Positions 1 through 12,200 of a stretch of 64,000 bases of DNA are shown piece by piece. Position 1 is the first letter of the stretch; the number at the start of each line of letters is the position of its first letter. Location of the stretch: the IMG/VR virus record IMGVR_UViG_3300032270_001157, positions 22,429 to 86,428 of that record; one strand, 5' to 3'. Source of the stretch: a virus. Taxonomy: Duplodnaviria > Caudoviricetes. The notes below the pieces were generated by a model. It saw nothing but the letters and a program-made list of their open reading frames with translations, did not search any database and was not told the origin of the DNA. Position numbers and translations under genes: made by a program.

Positions 1-2046
1 TAAACCAGGATTAAGTTTAAGAGCTAATTTATAAGACGATCCATCTTCACAAGCAGAACAAGATACTATTGGTGTGTCAATTATTGGTCTAGGATAAGTG
101 TTTTGTAAAATAGAACAGCCGCTAAAATAAACTAGTTCTTTGAGTAAATTATCATTCAGAAAAATACCTGCCATATTTGCCGATTGTGTTTGAGTCATCA
201 CTCCGTCGCTACAGGTAGCAGCATATCTTTTTCTAGTTTTTATTTTACTTTCTATTTTTAGATTACTCAGTTCAATAGCTTGATTATATGCAAATTCTTT
301 GGGTATTTCACTATCTAGACAATCCATTGTGGACTGACAACTATCAAATCTTCTCGTATCATTAACTTTGACATTCATATCAAAACTTAGATCAATATAA
401 GCTTGACTATCAATATCGTCTAGAAACTCTAATATTGAAGTAGATCGAGGAGGACACCATAAATAAGAACCATATTTATTTCCAAGAGTATGTATCAAGT
501 CATCATTAGAAGTTATAAAATTCATATGGCTTACAGAACCAATACTACTAGTAGACATATCTTGATTTAATTGTTTTCTTTGTCTATAGGCATTGATGTG
601 CGAAGTATCTAAATCTGTGGTCTTAAATAAATCTACTGTAACAGCATCATATTGTGGTGCTGTGCTTAATAAAGCTGCTAGTTCAAATTTTTGCAGCGTT
701 GTCATTGAGTTTGGTCTGGTTTTTGAGGCTTTATCAGCACTATCTATACGATCATATATTTCTAACATTAACGGATAAATATTGGCTGAAATATGCGTAA
801 AATATGAACCAGAAGGAATAACTCCAACTACTGTATTATTTTTGATCAACTTAATACCAGAAGGACAGGTTTTAATTACTGGACCCCCATCATCTGGAGT
901 AGCCACAGTCTCAGATATTGGTTCTGGTCCATCATTTCTGGCATAAAAAACATCTCCGGGAGAGATATATAAATCTATTCCGGGAATAGGTCTTTGATCA
1001 TTAACTCTATCTTTATCATAATATCTATACCAACCAATAACACCAGAAGAATAGTTCCATCTCCAATAAGAACCTAGTTTTTCTGTTTTCACAAAAATAT
1101 TATTGTAAGTATTTTGAGCAAAACCGTAGGCTAAATTATTAAATTCTGTAGCAGAAGGGAGCAGGGTTGTTATATCTCTTGATACGGCGGATGGTGCCAG
1201 AGGATAAATAGTAGGATCTACTTCTGAATCTAGTCCCATCAACCCACTAAATATATTATTTGTAGAATAAGAAACATTGTTCTCATTTGAGGTATGAATT
1301 TTGGTTAAAATAAAATTACCACAAGTTTTACCTGTCTGTATATATTTTTGATATGCTTTATTATGATCATCTTCATTATCATATTGAGAAGTCATAGAGT
1401 CATATGGTATCTCAGCCATTCTTGGCTTAAGTTCCCAGTCTATACATAACTGAGGGGTAGAAGAAGCATTGGTAAAACTATTTAAAGCTCCAAGACCATC
1501 ATTAGAAAACTTAATAAATTGAAAAAATCCGAGTCCGGAACCAATAGCAGGAAACTGTTGCATATGCTTGAAATCATAAAACTTATTCAAATATTTTTGG
1601 TTCAAGACAGGAATTTTTGGTAAATAATCATCCTTGTCCATTCTGACATCGCAAGCTCCATTGCAACAATTAGAGACAAGAGCAGATGACTCATTATTCT
1701 GTGTGTCTTTTAATTTCCAAGATATACTATGATTAGTATTATTCGATACAGAAGAACAGTAAGAACAACGAAAAGAATCATTAGCTTCTATTTCGTCATA
1801 AGAAGCAATTGTTGGAGAACATGAACAAGGATTAAAAGACGAATTAAGAGTAGAGTCGGGTTGTCTTAGAGGATCTCCATACGCAATTGTAGAACGACTA
1901 TCCTGAATAACTATAGGTTTCCACAAACCACTATTAGGAGCATCAAATGAACCAATTAAAGATTTTAATCTACTAATTTCTATCTGTGCAGTATCTAAAT
2001 TAGCATCAGCTAAAAAAGACTTATTGTATATAGAACAACAGCTCAT
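1..2046 (-). CDS. Hypothetical Cys-rich tail-tip/virion protein, partial (runs off the left edge)
   Basis: Absent from the ORF track because it has no stop in the window. Manual translation from ATG at 2046 (MSCCSIYNKSFLADANLDTAQIEISRLKSLIGSFDAPNSGLWKP...) is open for 682 codons to position 1. It starts 9 nt after the stop of the 1816-aa gene. Confidence 0.8.
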   Translation of the reverse strand, partial: MSCCSIYNKSFLADANLDTAQIEISRLKSLIGSFDAPNSGLWKPIVIQDSRSTIAYGDPLRQPDSTLNSSFNPCSCSPTIASYDEIEANDSFRCSYCSSVSNNTNHSISWKLKDTQNNESSALVSNCCNGACDVRMDKDDYLPKIPVLNQKYLNKFYDFKHMQQFPAIGSGLGFFQFIKFSNDGLGALNSFTNASSTPQLCIDWELKPRMAEIPYDSMTSQYDNEDDHNKAYQKYIQTGKTCGNFILTKIHTSNENNVSYSTNNIFSGLMGLDSEVDPTIYPLAPSAVSRDITTLLPSATEFNNLAYGFAQNTYNNIFVKTEKLGSYWRWNYSSGVIGWYRYYDKDRVNDQRPIPGIDLYISPGDVFYARNDGPEPISETVATPDDGGPVIKTCPSGIKLIKNNTVVGVIPSGSYFTHISANIYPLMLEIYDRIDSADKASKTRPNSMTTLQKFELAALLSTAPQYDAVTVDLFKTTDLDTSHINAYRQRKQLNQDMSTSSIGSVSHMNFITSNDDLIHTLGNKYGSYLWCPPRSTSILEFLDDIDSQAYIDLSFDMNVKVNDTRRFDSCQSTMDCLDSEIPKEFAYNQAIELSNLKIESKIKTRKRYAATCSDGVMTQTQSANMAGIFLNDNLLKELVYFSGCSILQNTYPRPIIDTPIVSCSACEDGSSYKLALKLNPGL

Positions 2047-2054
2047 TTGATTTC

Positions 2055-5000
2055 CTAGCAATTAACTGATTGTAATATCCAAGACCCATTAATAAAATTA
2101 AACATTCCTAAGTCTCCATTTGATACACTGAATCCCATGGGATTACCAAAAGTAGTTAAATATGAAATATCAATTGTATTATTTGGGTCTTGATAAATAT
2201 TATAAATAGATACTGAAGTATTTCCTTGAATAGTACCTGATGTAGTATAGGTTTTATTATAAACTGGTTCATAGAAGCCATTTTGTCCATTATATTTACA
2301 GTATACTGGTGCTTTTCTTGGTGCTGGATTTATTCCAAGATTATCTTGTACAAATACTAATTTTCTTAAGCCTTCTGGTAATGGGTCATTAGTATATGAA
2401 TCTTCTATAATAGCTCCCCTAGAAGGTTGTCTATTTACTAAATCAGTTTCAAGAACCACCCATACTGGTTTATAATTAGCTCCTACTGTCCAAACACCAG
2501 CATTAGCATCCCATCTTAAATCAACAGGACCAACAGGCCATGTGCTAGGTAGTTGTCCCCAGCCTTTATAAAACTGATGCTCCTTATAAGGCTCTGTCCA
2601 TGTTCCATCAGGTTTTTGAGTTTGATTTTTGTATATAATTTTCCCGGTGACTCTATCTTTAACTATTTCTCCATTAACAACTTTTGGCTCACCTGAAGCA
2701 TTAGGTACTGGATAGCCCTCTAAATCATAACCCCATCCGTGAACCATCAACGGACCACGCAAACCAAAGTATCTCATGTTATTGGCAGGAACAGTAGCAG
2801 GATTCATTCCTCTAAGACGAGTAAAATCCATGTAGTTTTGATCATAATCTAAAAAGCTACGTTCTATATTCTTAGAATATGCGGGCTTTAAGCCATTATC
2901 TCCTTCTGGTGCGGTTAAGCCCTGACCAATCAAATCTATACTATGACCAGTTAAATCATTTAATTGCCTATTAGGATAACTACTAAATTCTCCCACAGAC
3001 ATTAATACTGGATTTAATGTACCATAATTAATAATGGGGTTTCCACTTAATCCACTCACGGTGCCCAAATTATTTTTACCAATTAAAGTCAAATCATCTC
3101 CACTAGCAAGAATATACGGAGGATTAGTTTCTTTGGGAGAAGCAGAGACTAGCTGCTTTTTAGTTTTATCTTCTATAGTTTCGCAAAATGGACAATCTAC
3201 TGTTTTAGAGGTAATTGAATTTGTTATAGTATTAATATTTATATTAGAAGATGTAATAGAAGCATCAGGATCTATGAAATTATATGAATATTTTGCAGTT
3301 CCTTTGCAGAAAGGACATCCGGGCCTTGGATATTTGGTAATACTAAACGTAGCTCCGTGTGGAGTAGGATAAAATGAAATAGGAGATAACAAACCATCCA
3401 AACTCATCATGGATTTATTTGCGTAGCCATGTTTTAATTCCCTAGGAAGTTCTTGAACGTCTTGCAAAGAAACATTGGTTGATTCTCTAATCATATTCTT
3501 AGGGTCATATGATATATTATTCGCCACAAAAGGCATCTTTGACCAACCGGGAGAATAATTCAAGTCTCTATATATGTCTCCTATAGCACTATCAGGATGT
3601 ACTATGGGAGAATTGGCACCAGCCAAAATTTCAAATGGGCTCCATTGATACATCTTAGGTTGTTGAGTATGATTTAATATAGCATCAAAAATATTGCCAG
3701 GACCAGAATTTATCGATGAACCATACCGTGGACCATTATTTAGAGTGCCAAGAACATTTAATAAGCTGGTACTAAGTTCTTTTCTTCTCTTCAGTGATTC
3801 TGCTCCAATAGCTTTGATTCGGTCAGCATTTTCTTTATTATAAAACCCTAATTTTCTAGTATAGGTTCTCATATTATAGTTGGTGGTGATACCTCCCTCA
3901 CCCACCTGAACCTGAATACTACTAATAATAGGACCGCCAAAACCATCATTAGAAGAGGCTAGAGCATGTCCTAAATTAAAGGCTTTTCCAGCTAGATTCA
4001 ATAAGATTGCTCCTGGAACTTGAATAGATCCCTGCTCGGTAGTTTGCTGATAATTAACATCGTCTTTAATTTTTGCCATCACAGCAGCATCTAAAGCGTC
4101 CATTCCTCCATAATTCCAAGGAACCAATCCAGCATCATGGTTAACTTTAATTCCACCTACTAAATTATTAACATCATTAGAGGGGTTTGTTCGTCCACCA
4201 AAAATATTATTTTCTATTAAACCAGGATGATTAGTCCAAGGTCCATAGGTAGCTAAAACGCTCTCAACAGGAATAGCAGCAAAAAATGGATTTGCTGCTT
4301 TATTTAAAACAGAAGTATTCTCTGAGGATTCGTTGGTAATTTGTCCACCATTAGAACCAAAAAGAATTTCAATAGTTGAACTATCATTAAACCTATGCAT
4401 GATTAAAGATCTAGCATCCATATACACATAGTCTGGATAAGGATAGCGTCTTAGGCCACCATGAGTAGTTTGTCCAGCTGCTAGTGGATTAATCATAGGA
4501 GTTGGTATCGATGATCCTTTAACTACCTTATTCAAAGCATCTCCTTGCATTATATGAATCAAACCAACATCTTCAAAATTTCTATGATTTCCAATATAAA
4601 CTGGAGAAGATACCGATATTACTACTCTTAATTCAGCTTCTGGTTCTAAAAACACAAAATCTTGTTGACAAGAAGCCTTAGTATAAGTTTTATAAACTTT
4701 ATCTTGAGGCATTGGTTTACCGTGAGCTGTTGCATAACTAATAGAAGGAACTCCTCTATATGGTATATCTACATATTCTTCTGCTGGTAAAGAATGATGG
4801 ATAGAAGTATAATAGTTATTTCTTTCGTCTGTAGCAGAAGTAGCGTTCCTACCATTCAATAGAGCAACCCAATCGGTCATAATATGACTACCACAATCTG
4901 CGCTATTAATTAGACTAGCAGCCATAATATTTTTTTCTGCTACCCATTTTTCTCTACAATTAACTTCTGGATGAGAACTAAAGCCTAAGATTGGTGGAAT

Positions 5001-7505
5001 TTTGCCTTGGTCATCACTCATAGCGTTAACAATAGTTGATCCTACAATCAAAGTATCATCAATCCAATTTCCTGGCTCTTCCCATGCTCCATCAGCTGAT
5101 ATTTGCCATTCTGGATAAATTTTACCAGTTCCTTGTTTAGCATAAATCCCGTCTGCTATCATTACAGAACCATTATCAAATAATGATGTGTCTTGATAAT
5201 ATCTTGGACTAGGAATTTTTACCATATACGTTTTGCCATAATGCTCCATAGCAATATTAGCAAAAAATTTATGTATTGCTTGTAAATTAGAATATAAAGT
5301 TTTAGTAAAAGGTGTTAAATTTTCTAAGCCAACCTGTCCACCTCTAGCATTACCATTTTGAACAGCTACTTGTTTTGACTTATTTGCCCAATTTATTGAA
5401 CGTAAACCGCTGATAAATTCGGACTTGGATCCATAATTTCCATATGACTGTCTAAATGCTTGATAACAAATTTCAGAAATATCTGTACTAAAAAAATTAT
5501 CAAAGCAATATGTTAACCATTGATCAAAGCCTTTACCAGCAGCTCTAAGCTCATTTTCTAAAACTAAAAATTTAGGGTTAACACTAATAATACCATCAAA
5601 TATAGGAGCTGATACTAATCCTTTAAGATCGTTCATATCGAACAAAATTTGCACTTGACTAAGACCAGGATCAAAATAAACTTTACGAGCTAAACCATCA
5701 GCTCCTTGTCCAAAATATGGACAAATCATATCGGTATATAATGGATGATTTTTTAATGTAGATGAAGCTACTAAGTTAATAACAGTGGAAATACTAACTC
5801 CATCTGTATAGTTACCTCTAGAGAAAGTTCTAGAATTAGTCCAAGGATCTATTGGATTTGGACCAGTGGTAAATGCCACTTGATCATTATAATTTCCGGG
5901 TGGATTTTCAGCCACGGCCGCACCACCACTATATAAACTAGAATATCTTCGTGTACTTAAAAAACTAGGCATTCTAGCTTGATTAGTTCCTGGCTGTCCC
6001 AGATTGCCATAATTTAAAAATGATCCAACACCGCCATTGGAAAAGGGGTCAAAAACTAATGTTGTCTGATTAGATACTAAAGATGTAGTTTTAAATTGTA
6101 ATAATCTTTTTTGTGGACCACCCAAATACATTGATCTTGTAGTTTGATCAGCATATTCTTGTCCATAGCTATATGAACTAATATTTAATCCATTAGCTGC
6201 TAATGCTGATACAAAATTTTTGATGACATTTTTTTGTGGCTGTAATCTACGAGAAACAGTATTAATCTTAAAGACACCACTACAATTACTTCCTGCTGGT
6301 GCTGGTTCTAAGGAGATAAAGAAATCAAATCCGGCCCCGTCACAAATATCGCTGATAAATTGCATTAAGCTAATAACTGGACCAGTGGTATATAGAGAGG
6401 GAGGAGGAGCTGGTACAGCACTTAGATCTAACTTATAAGCACCATGAAAAACTCCGTCTACATTATTAACGCCGGGACATATTCCACAATTCTTTAAAGT
6501 AACACGTCTTCCGTCAGCGTCGGTGATCACAGCTTGATTTACATTAACAAATGTTCCATTAGTTTCTGTGAGAGTACGACCCAAGATTGCCCCATAAGGA
6601 AAGAAGGGGTTGGTATCTGTTGTTCCTGGGGCGAGCATATTGACTAAAGCATTATAGATGTTTATTGCAGGAATTCCGTTATCCGTTCTTCCAGCATTAC
6701 CAAAACCAACTTGCTCCCAGTATCCATAAATATTAAAAACATTGGGTAAATTGCCTTGTCTTAAAGTAGCATTATGAGGCAAAAAAGATGCTGATGCATC
6801 ATAATGAGAGGGAACAGAGATATTCTCTCCAGTATAATTATCTGAGGTATTAGGCATACTAGAAGATACCGTACCAGCATAAGCATCTATAATTAGTTGA
6901 CATCCTTTTAATAAAGACGATCCATTCTTCATTTCAATTTCATATGTCGGGGAGCCACCTTGTGAACCCACAGCTTTCCACGAAGTAATTAATCCACCAA
7001 AATAAATATCTTCAAACCAGAAAACTGCGGGAACACCAATAAGATCATATCCGATAGAGGAAAATTTATTAGGTAAACCCAAAAATCCGGGATCTGGACC
7101 TAACCATCTGGCTGGAATACCATCAGATCCCTTGCATATTTTTCCAGGATCCATATTCTTTGCTGCTTGCTCTTCCAGATTTAAACTAATAGGTTTTAAT
7201 AAATTTCTGGTTACGTCTGCACTAACCTCCTCTGTTGTAGCATCAAGTCTTAATGCCTCAGAAGATCTGCTATTGGGTTGATTAACAGTAGATACTCTAC
7301 CACTTAAAGGATTATATTTAGTAGAGGCGGGATGATATGCTGTATCTTCTACCAAAGTCACTGTTAAAGAGCTAGAGTCCTCGCCCCATGCTAAATTCAT
7401 ATTAAAGTTTGTTATACTGCATCCTAAAAACAATGATTGTTCAAGAGGACCGACTTCTCTATATGATCCAACTGGACAAGAACTGCTAGACTGAATATTA
7501 GTCAT
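2055..7505 (-). CDS. Putative central tail-tip / baseplate hub protein (Tal/gp27-like N-terminus), 1816 aa
   Basis: Two genes downstream of the TMP. The N-terminal strands (LFLGCSITNFNMNLAWGEDSSSLTVTLVED; FGGLITSW) and MQFISDICDGAGFDFFISL resemble gp27/VgrG-type hub domains. SD-like AGGA upstream. Function inferred from context. Confidence 0.55.
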   Translation of the reverse strand: MTNIQSSSSCPVGSYREVGPLEQSLFLGCSITNFNMNLAWGEDSSSLTVTLVEDTAYHPASTKYNPLSGRVSTVNQPNSRSSEALRLDATTEEVSADVTRNLLKPISLNLEEQAAKNMDPGKICKGSDGIPARWLGPDPGFLGLPNKFSSIGYDLIGVPAVFWFEDIYFGGLITSWKAVGSQGGSPTYEIEMKNGSSLLKGCQLIIDAYAGTVSSSMPNTSDNYTGENISVPSHYDASASFLPHNATLRQGNLPNVFNIYGYWEQVGFGNAGRTDNGIPAINIYNALVNMLAPGTTDTNPFFPYGAILGRTLTETNGTFVNVNQAVITDADGRRVTLKNCGICPGVNNVDGVFHGAYKLDLSAVPAPPPSLYTTGPVISLMQFISDICDGAGFDFFISLEPAPAGSNCSGVFKINTVSRRLQPQKNVIKNFVSALAANGLNISSYSYGQEYADQTTRSMYLGGPQKRLLQFKTTSLVSNQTTLVFDPFSNGGVGSFLNYGNLGQPGTNQARMPSFLSTRRYSSLYSGGAAVAENPPGNYNDQVAFTTGPNPIDPWTNSRTFSRGNYTDGVSISTVINLVASSTLKNHPLYTDMICPYFGQGADGLARKVYFDPGLSQVQILFDMNDLKGLVSAPIFDGIISVNPKFLVLENELRAAGKGFDQWLTYCFDNFFSTDISEICYQAFRQSYGNYGSKSEFISGLRSINWANKSKQVAVQNGNARGGQVGLENLTPFTKTLYSNLQAIHKFFANIAMEHYGKTYMVKIPSPRYYQDTSLFDNGSVMIADGIYAKQGTGKIYPEWQISADGAWEEPGNWIDDTLIVGSTIVNAMSDDQGKIPPILGFSSHPEVNCREKWVAEKNIMAASLINSADCGSHIMTDWVALLNGRNATSATDERNNYYTSIHHSLPAEEYVDIPYRGVPSISYATAHGKPMPQDKVYKTYTKASCQQDFVFLEPEAELRVVISVSSPVYIGNHRNFEDVGLIHIMQGDALNKVVKGSSIPTPMINPLAAGQTTHGGLRRYPYPDYVYMDARSLIMHRFNDSSTIEILFGSNGGQITNESSENTSVLNKAANPFFAAIPVESVLATYGPWTNHPGLIENNIFGGRTNPSNDVNNLVGGIKVNHDAGLVPWNYGGMDALDAAVMAKIKDDVNYQQTTEQGSIQVPGAILLNLAGKAFNLGHALASSNDGFGGPIISSIQVQVGEGGITTNYNMRTYTRKLGFYNKENADRIKAIGAESLKRRKELSTSLLNVLGTLNNGPRYGSSINSGPGNIFDAILNHTQQPKMYQWSPFEILAGANSPIVHPDSAIGDIYRDLNYSPGWSKMPFVANNISYDPKNMIRESTNVSLQDVQELPRELKHGYANKSMMSLDGLLSPISFYPTPHGATFSITKYPRPGCPFCKGTAKYSYNFIDPDASITSSNININTITNSITSKTVDCPFCETIEDKTKKQLVSASPKETNPPYILASGDDLTLIGKNNLGTVSGLSGNPIINYGTLNPVLMSVGEFSSYPNRQLNDLTGHSIDLIGQGLTAPEGDNGLKPAYSKNIERSFLDYDQNYMDFTRLRGMNPATVPANNMRYFGLRGPLMVHGWGYDLEGYPVPNASGEPKVVNGEIVKDRVTGKIIYKNQTQKPDGTWTEPYKEHQFYKGWGQLPSTWPVGPVDLRWDANAGVWTVGANYKPVWVVLETDLVNRQPSRGAIIEDSYTNDPLPEGLRKLVFVQDNLGINPAPRKAPVYCKYNGQNGFYEPVYNKTYTTSGTIQGNTSVSIYNIYQDPNNTIDISYLTTFGNPMGFSVSNGDLGMFNFINGSWILQSVNC

Positions 7506-7516
7506 AATTTATCCTA

Positions 7517-9193
7517 TTAAGGGTCTGTTATACACTTCACCCATTCCCATGATTTAATCTTAGTGAAACGTCCTTCGCTCACATTCCAATTAGATTGATC
7601 CGCTTTTACATAAGCTCTTACACCACGAACGTCTGGATTATTTGTTAAATTGGTTGGATTAAAACTTTCTACTATTCCTGTAATAGCTTTATAATGTTCG
7701 ATTGGAAATGTTAAATTTCTTAATCCGGTTGGTCTCGGTAATACTACTTCAAAAGTTACATTTCTATTAGAAGCACTAACTGTGCCAAGGTCTTGTAAAA
7801 TAGGGCCTAGTTTTCTTCCTAATACAAAAATAGACGCAACAAGAGGTAAAGCAAAACCATCTTCAATAGATAATGTTTCGCTAATTGAACCAGCAATAAG
7901 ATTAAGAGGTCTATTATTAAAAGACCAACTATAAGTAATAGTTCCTTCTGAGGGATTCATTCCTTCTGTGATTGTTACTGGAATTGGATTTAAATTAGCT
8001 TCATATCTTGTAACAGCAGGATTGAATGTACTAAAAGCATTAGTGAAATTAAAACCACCAGTACTAGCAGTAGTTAGTGGGGCCGGAGTAGTTGTTGTTG
8101 GAGTATTACGAACATTATATGCAAAACCAGCAGCCCTATTATACATAGCCATTTTGATACCGCTATAACCACTAACAGCATAGTAAAATTTTGTACTAGT
8201 ATTATTATTGAATTTCAGAGTGTTGTTGTTATATAGATCCGCGATAGAACCACTCAGAGACCCAGATAAATAAGGAGCATTATTAACATTGTATATATTT
8301 CCACTATTAAAAGGCTCTAATCCCTTAACTGTCCCATTAATAGTTACAGTTCTTAACATAGAAGTATCTAAAGTACTTTCTACAGTAAAGGTCTCTGTAT
8401 ATGGTTTTAGTCCAGTACCAGAAGGCACTCCCAACCAATTATCTGTAATTTTATAAGATCCCTCAGTATCACTAGAACTGATACTTCTGACAAAATTATA
8501 CAAAACTAGTCCACTAATCATTCCACTATATTTAACACTATTATTTAACTGATAATTAACCCAGTCTTTAGCATTTTTAACAGGACTATCTCCCGATACC
8601 ATGCCTCCAGTTCCAGTTGGAACAAATTTACCAACTGCTCCTAAAGTTCTAGAAATACGATAGAACGGATAATTTGAACCAACACCAAATTCTATATTGC
8701 CTCCATAGCCTAATAATGCAGCATTTAGTGGGGATTTAGCAAAAGAATTCTCTTCTAGTGTCTCTATGCTCCAATCATCTTGGGTGCTACTAACATAAAA
8801 TATTCCACTACCAGTATTCATTACTTCTGATTGTAATTCAATACTATAGTCTATGGTGGTGGTCCAATTATCATCTGTGCGACTGGCCGCATATTTATTT
8901 ATTTTAATACCAGAATATATTGTGGTGGTACTTCCGCAACCTATAGTTAAAGTCTGACCATCACTAGAAAAAGCGTTTCGTAATCCGCTTTCTAGTACCA
9001 ACAAATGATTAAAACCAGCATTACCACTACCAGTATAAATTTTACCTTCTAAAGAAATAGATACCAGAGCACCAATTGGTCTACCAGCACCATCTCTTTG
9101 TTGATCTCTAGAAATACCCACAAATGGAACAGGATATCCACTAACTCCGGAAAAACTAAAGCCCCCGTACTGTATAAATGCTGATGTTGCCAT
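7517..9193 (-). CDS. Putative distal tail / tube-like tail-tip protein, 558 aa
   Basis: Lies between the TMP region and the hub gene. Beta-rich, with repeated segments (DDWSIE..YRISRTLGAVG; ETFTVE..VTINGTVKGL; ETLSIE..). Assignment is from position only. Confidence 0.4.
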   Translation of the reverse strand: MATSAFIQYGGFSFSGVSGYPVPFVGISRDQQRDGAGRPIGALVSISLEGKIYTGSGNAGFNHLLVLESGLRNAFSSDGQTLTIGCGSTTTIYSGIKINKYAASRTDDNWTTTIDYSIELQSEVMNTGSGIFYVSSTQDDWSIETLEENSFAKSPLNAALLGYGGNIEFGVGSNYPFYRISRTLGAVGKFVPTGTGGMVSGDSPVKNAKDWVNYQLNNSVKYSGMISGLVLYNFVRSISSSDTEGSYKITDNWLGVPSGTGLKPYTETFTVESTLDTSMLRTVTINGTVKGLEPFNSGNIYNVNNAPYLSGSLSGSIADLYNNNTLKFNNNTSTKFYYAVSGYSGIKMAMYNRAAGFAYNVRNTPTTTTPAPLTTASTGGFNFTNAFSTFNPAVTRYEANLNPIPVTITEGMNPSEGTITYSWSFNNRPLNLIAGSISETLSIEDGFALPLVASIFVLGRKLGPILQDLGTVSASNRNVTFEVVLPRPTGLRNLTFPIEHYKAITGIVESFNPTNLTNNPDVRGVRAYVKADQSNWNVSEGRFTKIKSWEWVKCITDP

Positions 9194-9214
9194 AATTAGT
9201 CCTGTAATTTATTC

Positions 9215-12200
9215 CTAGTTCAAATACAATGGATCACTACCAATATGATTCAACTGATTAATTTTTGCTGTGGCTGACCAAATGGCAGTATATCCTGCTG
9301 CTCCACTAGCTACGATACTTAATCTAGGAGGATTAGAGTCAACAACTTGTGTACCAATTGACATGCCAGCAGGCATAGTGTCTCCATATGTTCTGGTAAG
9401 TTCTGTTCCCAATTTAGAAAATCTAATACCACTAGCTGTTCTAATAAGGGCACCTTCGATAAAGATTCCAGCGCCATTTCTAGTAGCATTTGGATTAACA
9501 GAACTAGAACTACCTAATTGCCATAATGCAGAGATATCTATCTTGTAAGTCCAAACTCTATCATATTCATAACTTGTAGCATCAGAGAAAGCACTTAAAT
9601 TAATGCAATTTGCTGTTGTTTCTGTGGTCACAACAGTACTACCAACTGCTGGTTTTGTCCAATCAGTTACTAGTGGTCTAACTTGTCCACCGTCTGTAGT
9701 GCGAGTTCTAAGATAATATTGAGCATATTGTGAGGAGCCGTTATACTTCTCATCAGATGCCTTAATTGATCCGCCAGCAAAAACATGGTTATGTCTAGTT
9801 TGTGTGACTTGTGGTTTATAACCAAATTCTATACCTCTTACACTATTGGGATCATTAGCTATTGTTTGATTTTGATAAACTTTTAATCCACTAGAGCTAA
9901 CCCAAGCGTCTCCTCTCCAAATTAGCATGGTGCCATCATTATTGGCTCCCATATTAGTGCCATCAGTTAACTTGCTACTAAGTCCAATATCTACTCTAAA
10001 GGAAGCATCTCCTTGTGAGGTATATGTAATATTCATTGGATATAAACCAGAAAATTGTGTTTTCAAGTCTATATCACTAAAGCGTAAATTACCAAACTGG
10101 TCGGTTCTTAAATAATAACCAGAGGCAGTGGCACCCTCTCCGATTTTTAAACTCTTGAACCATGCTTTACCATTGGCATAAAGAACAACTCCACTGCTAT
10201 TTGAATTAGCAATATCTGATGATGAAGCATTGATAGTCACGGATCCAGTTGGACTAATGTGAAAACCTATGCGATTATTTAAAGAACCAGAGTTGATGAC
10301 TGAAAATTTATTTCCAAGTCCACGATTATTAAATACTGTATCAATACTATCGGTAGAACTTAAAATGATATTGTAGAAACTATCTGGGATATTAGTAAAC
10401 AAGCTGTCATAAGATACAATTCCAGTAGCTCCTAAAGCTAAAGTTTGCTGAGAATTAATCCATCTTATACTAGTATTTCCAGTAGCCCATGAGTTTTCGT
10501 TGGCGAAAATAATGCTATTAGCTCTTGTTGCAGCCGAGTTGAGCCTACCACTATTATTAACAAATAAGAATGTTCCAGTGAGACTGGGAGGTAAATTAAC
10601 TCCACTATTAACAGTGAAATTATTAAAGGTTCCTGAGTTACCACTTACGTTATGGAAATCAATTCTTTGATGACCAAAATTGGTATCTAATAGAACTCTA
10701 GCAAATTCAACTCCGCCACTACCCCTAACTCTTAGTCTGTATGTTGACGCTTCATCATTAACAAAGACACCAGTAGAAGTAATATAAAATCCATTATTTC
10801 CACCAAGGTTGAAATTCATTTGTTTAGTGCTGGGACTATATAGTATTTCAGAAATACCACTAGCTACTTTATCATTAACTCTATACATTAACCCAGTATC
10901 TGTACCAGAGATTCTCACAGGTAGCTGCCATGTTCCAACACCATTAGTGTTAGTTGTTAATACATAAGCATCTGGAGCAGAGAATCCGACTCTAAGAGAT
11001 GAGGTCGTTGTTAATCCACTAACTGCTAGGTCAGAAGTGGGATTATCAGTATTGATACCTACTCTATTAGAATTAAGACCGATATTTAAAACACTAGTAG
11101 CATCATTGCTAGACTTAACAACAAAATTATCCTGTACGGCCCCTGAATTAAAGACCACCTTATCATTGTCTAATATCATCTTATTAGAATTATTAGTACC
11201 CATATATAGAGTATTATCAGCTAGTCCACTAATGTTATATCCTATTACAACATTACGAACGCCAGAAACATTATTATTATAACCCACAATAACGCCACTA
11301 CTATATAAGTATGTGTTATTCGTTCCAACAACTATATTATTAGAACCATAGATTGGGTTGGTTTCAGTTCCACCAGCACCACCTAATCGCTGATATGGCA
11401 TTACTAAACCACTAACTATAGTTGTGTTGGGACTATTATTATCATCAAAAGCATTATTAACAGAATAATAACCATTTGCTCTATCTATTGCTACAGGGGC
11501 TCCGATAGATATTGTGGTAGTGTTATCAATACTATTTTCTACTACATTAGAGATTTCTCTAACAAATGTATTATTAACAGATGGTGGACTTTGAACACAA
11601 AGTAAAATCTTGTCTCCCACCAAATACTTGGATGTAATTCCTAGTGTTGGTACAGTGATATTAAGACCAACACTATCTACAACACACTGATTTCTTGTGG
11701 ACCCTAAAGTATTTTCACGACCATAAACGATATTATTGATACCGTTCAATTTATTTGCTGTACCTATTATGATGCCACTAGACACCATTTGATTATAGCC
11801 TACAACAATATTACCACTACCAAATACGTCCATTTTTGTGTTTGCAGTATTAAAGACCATAGATTCTTGGCCTACTACTGCTATCTTTGATCCAACAGTT
11901 CCTATCTGATCTCCAACTAAGAAGTTTGAGTTACCGATAGCATAAGCATTAGAAGCATTCTTTAAATTATTATAGGAACCAATGGCGCTAATATTAGATC
12001 CAGATGCAACATTCTTGTTTCCTAAAATTACATTACTATTACCAGACTGTGCTAAATTGTTAATACCAACAATGATGGAATTATTTACTGTCCCAGCTGT
12101 TCTACTAGGGTTGCCGCTAATAGCGCCTACCGAGTTAATATAGACACCAGTTTGATTATTTAGTATACCTACGACTAAGTTATTATTGCTAGTTGGAGGA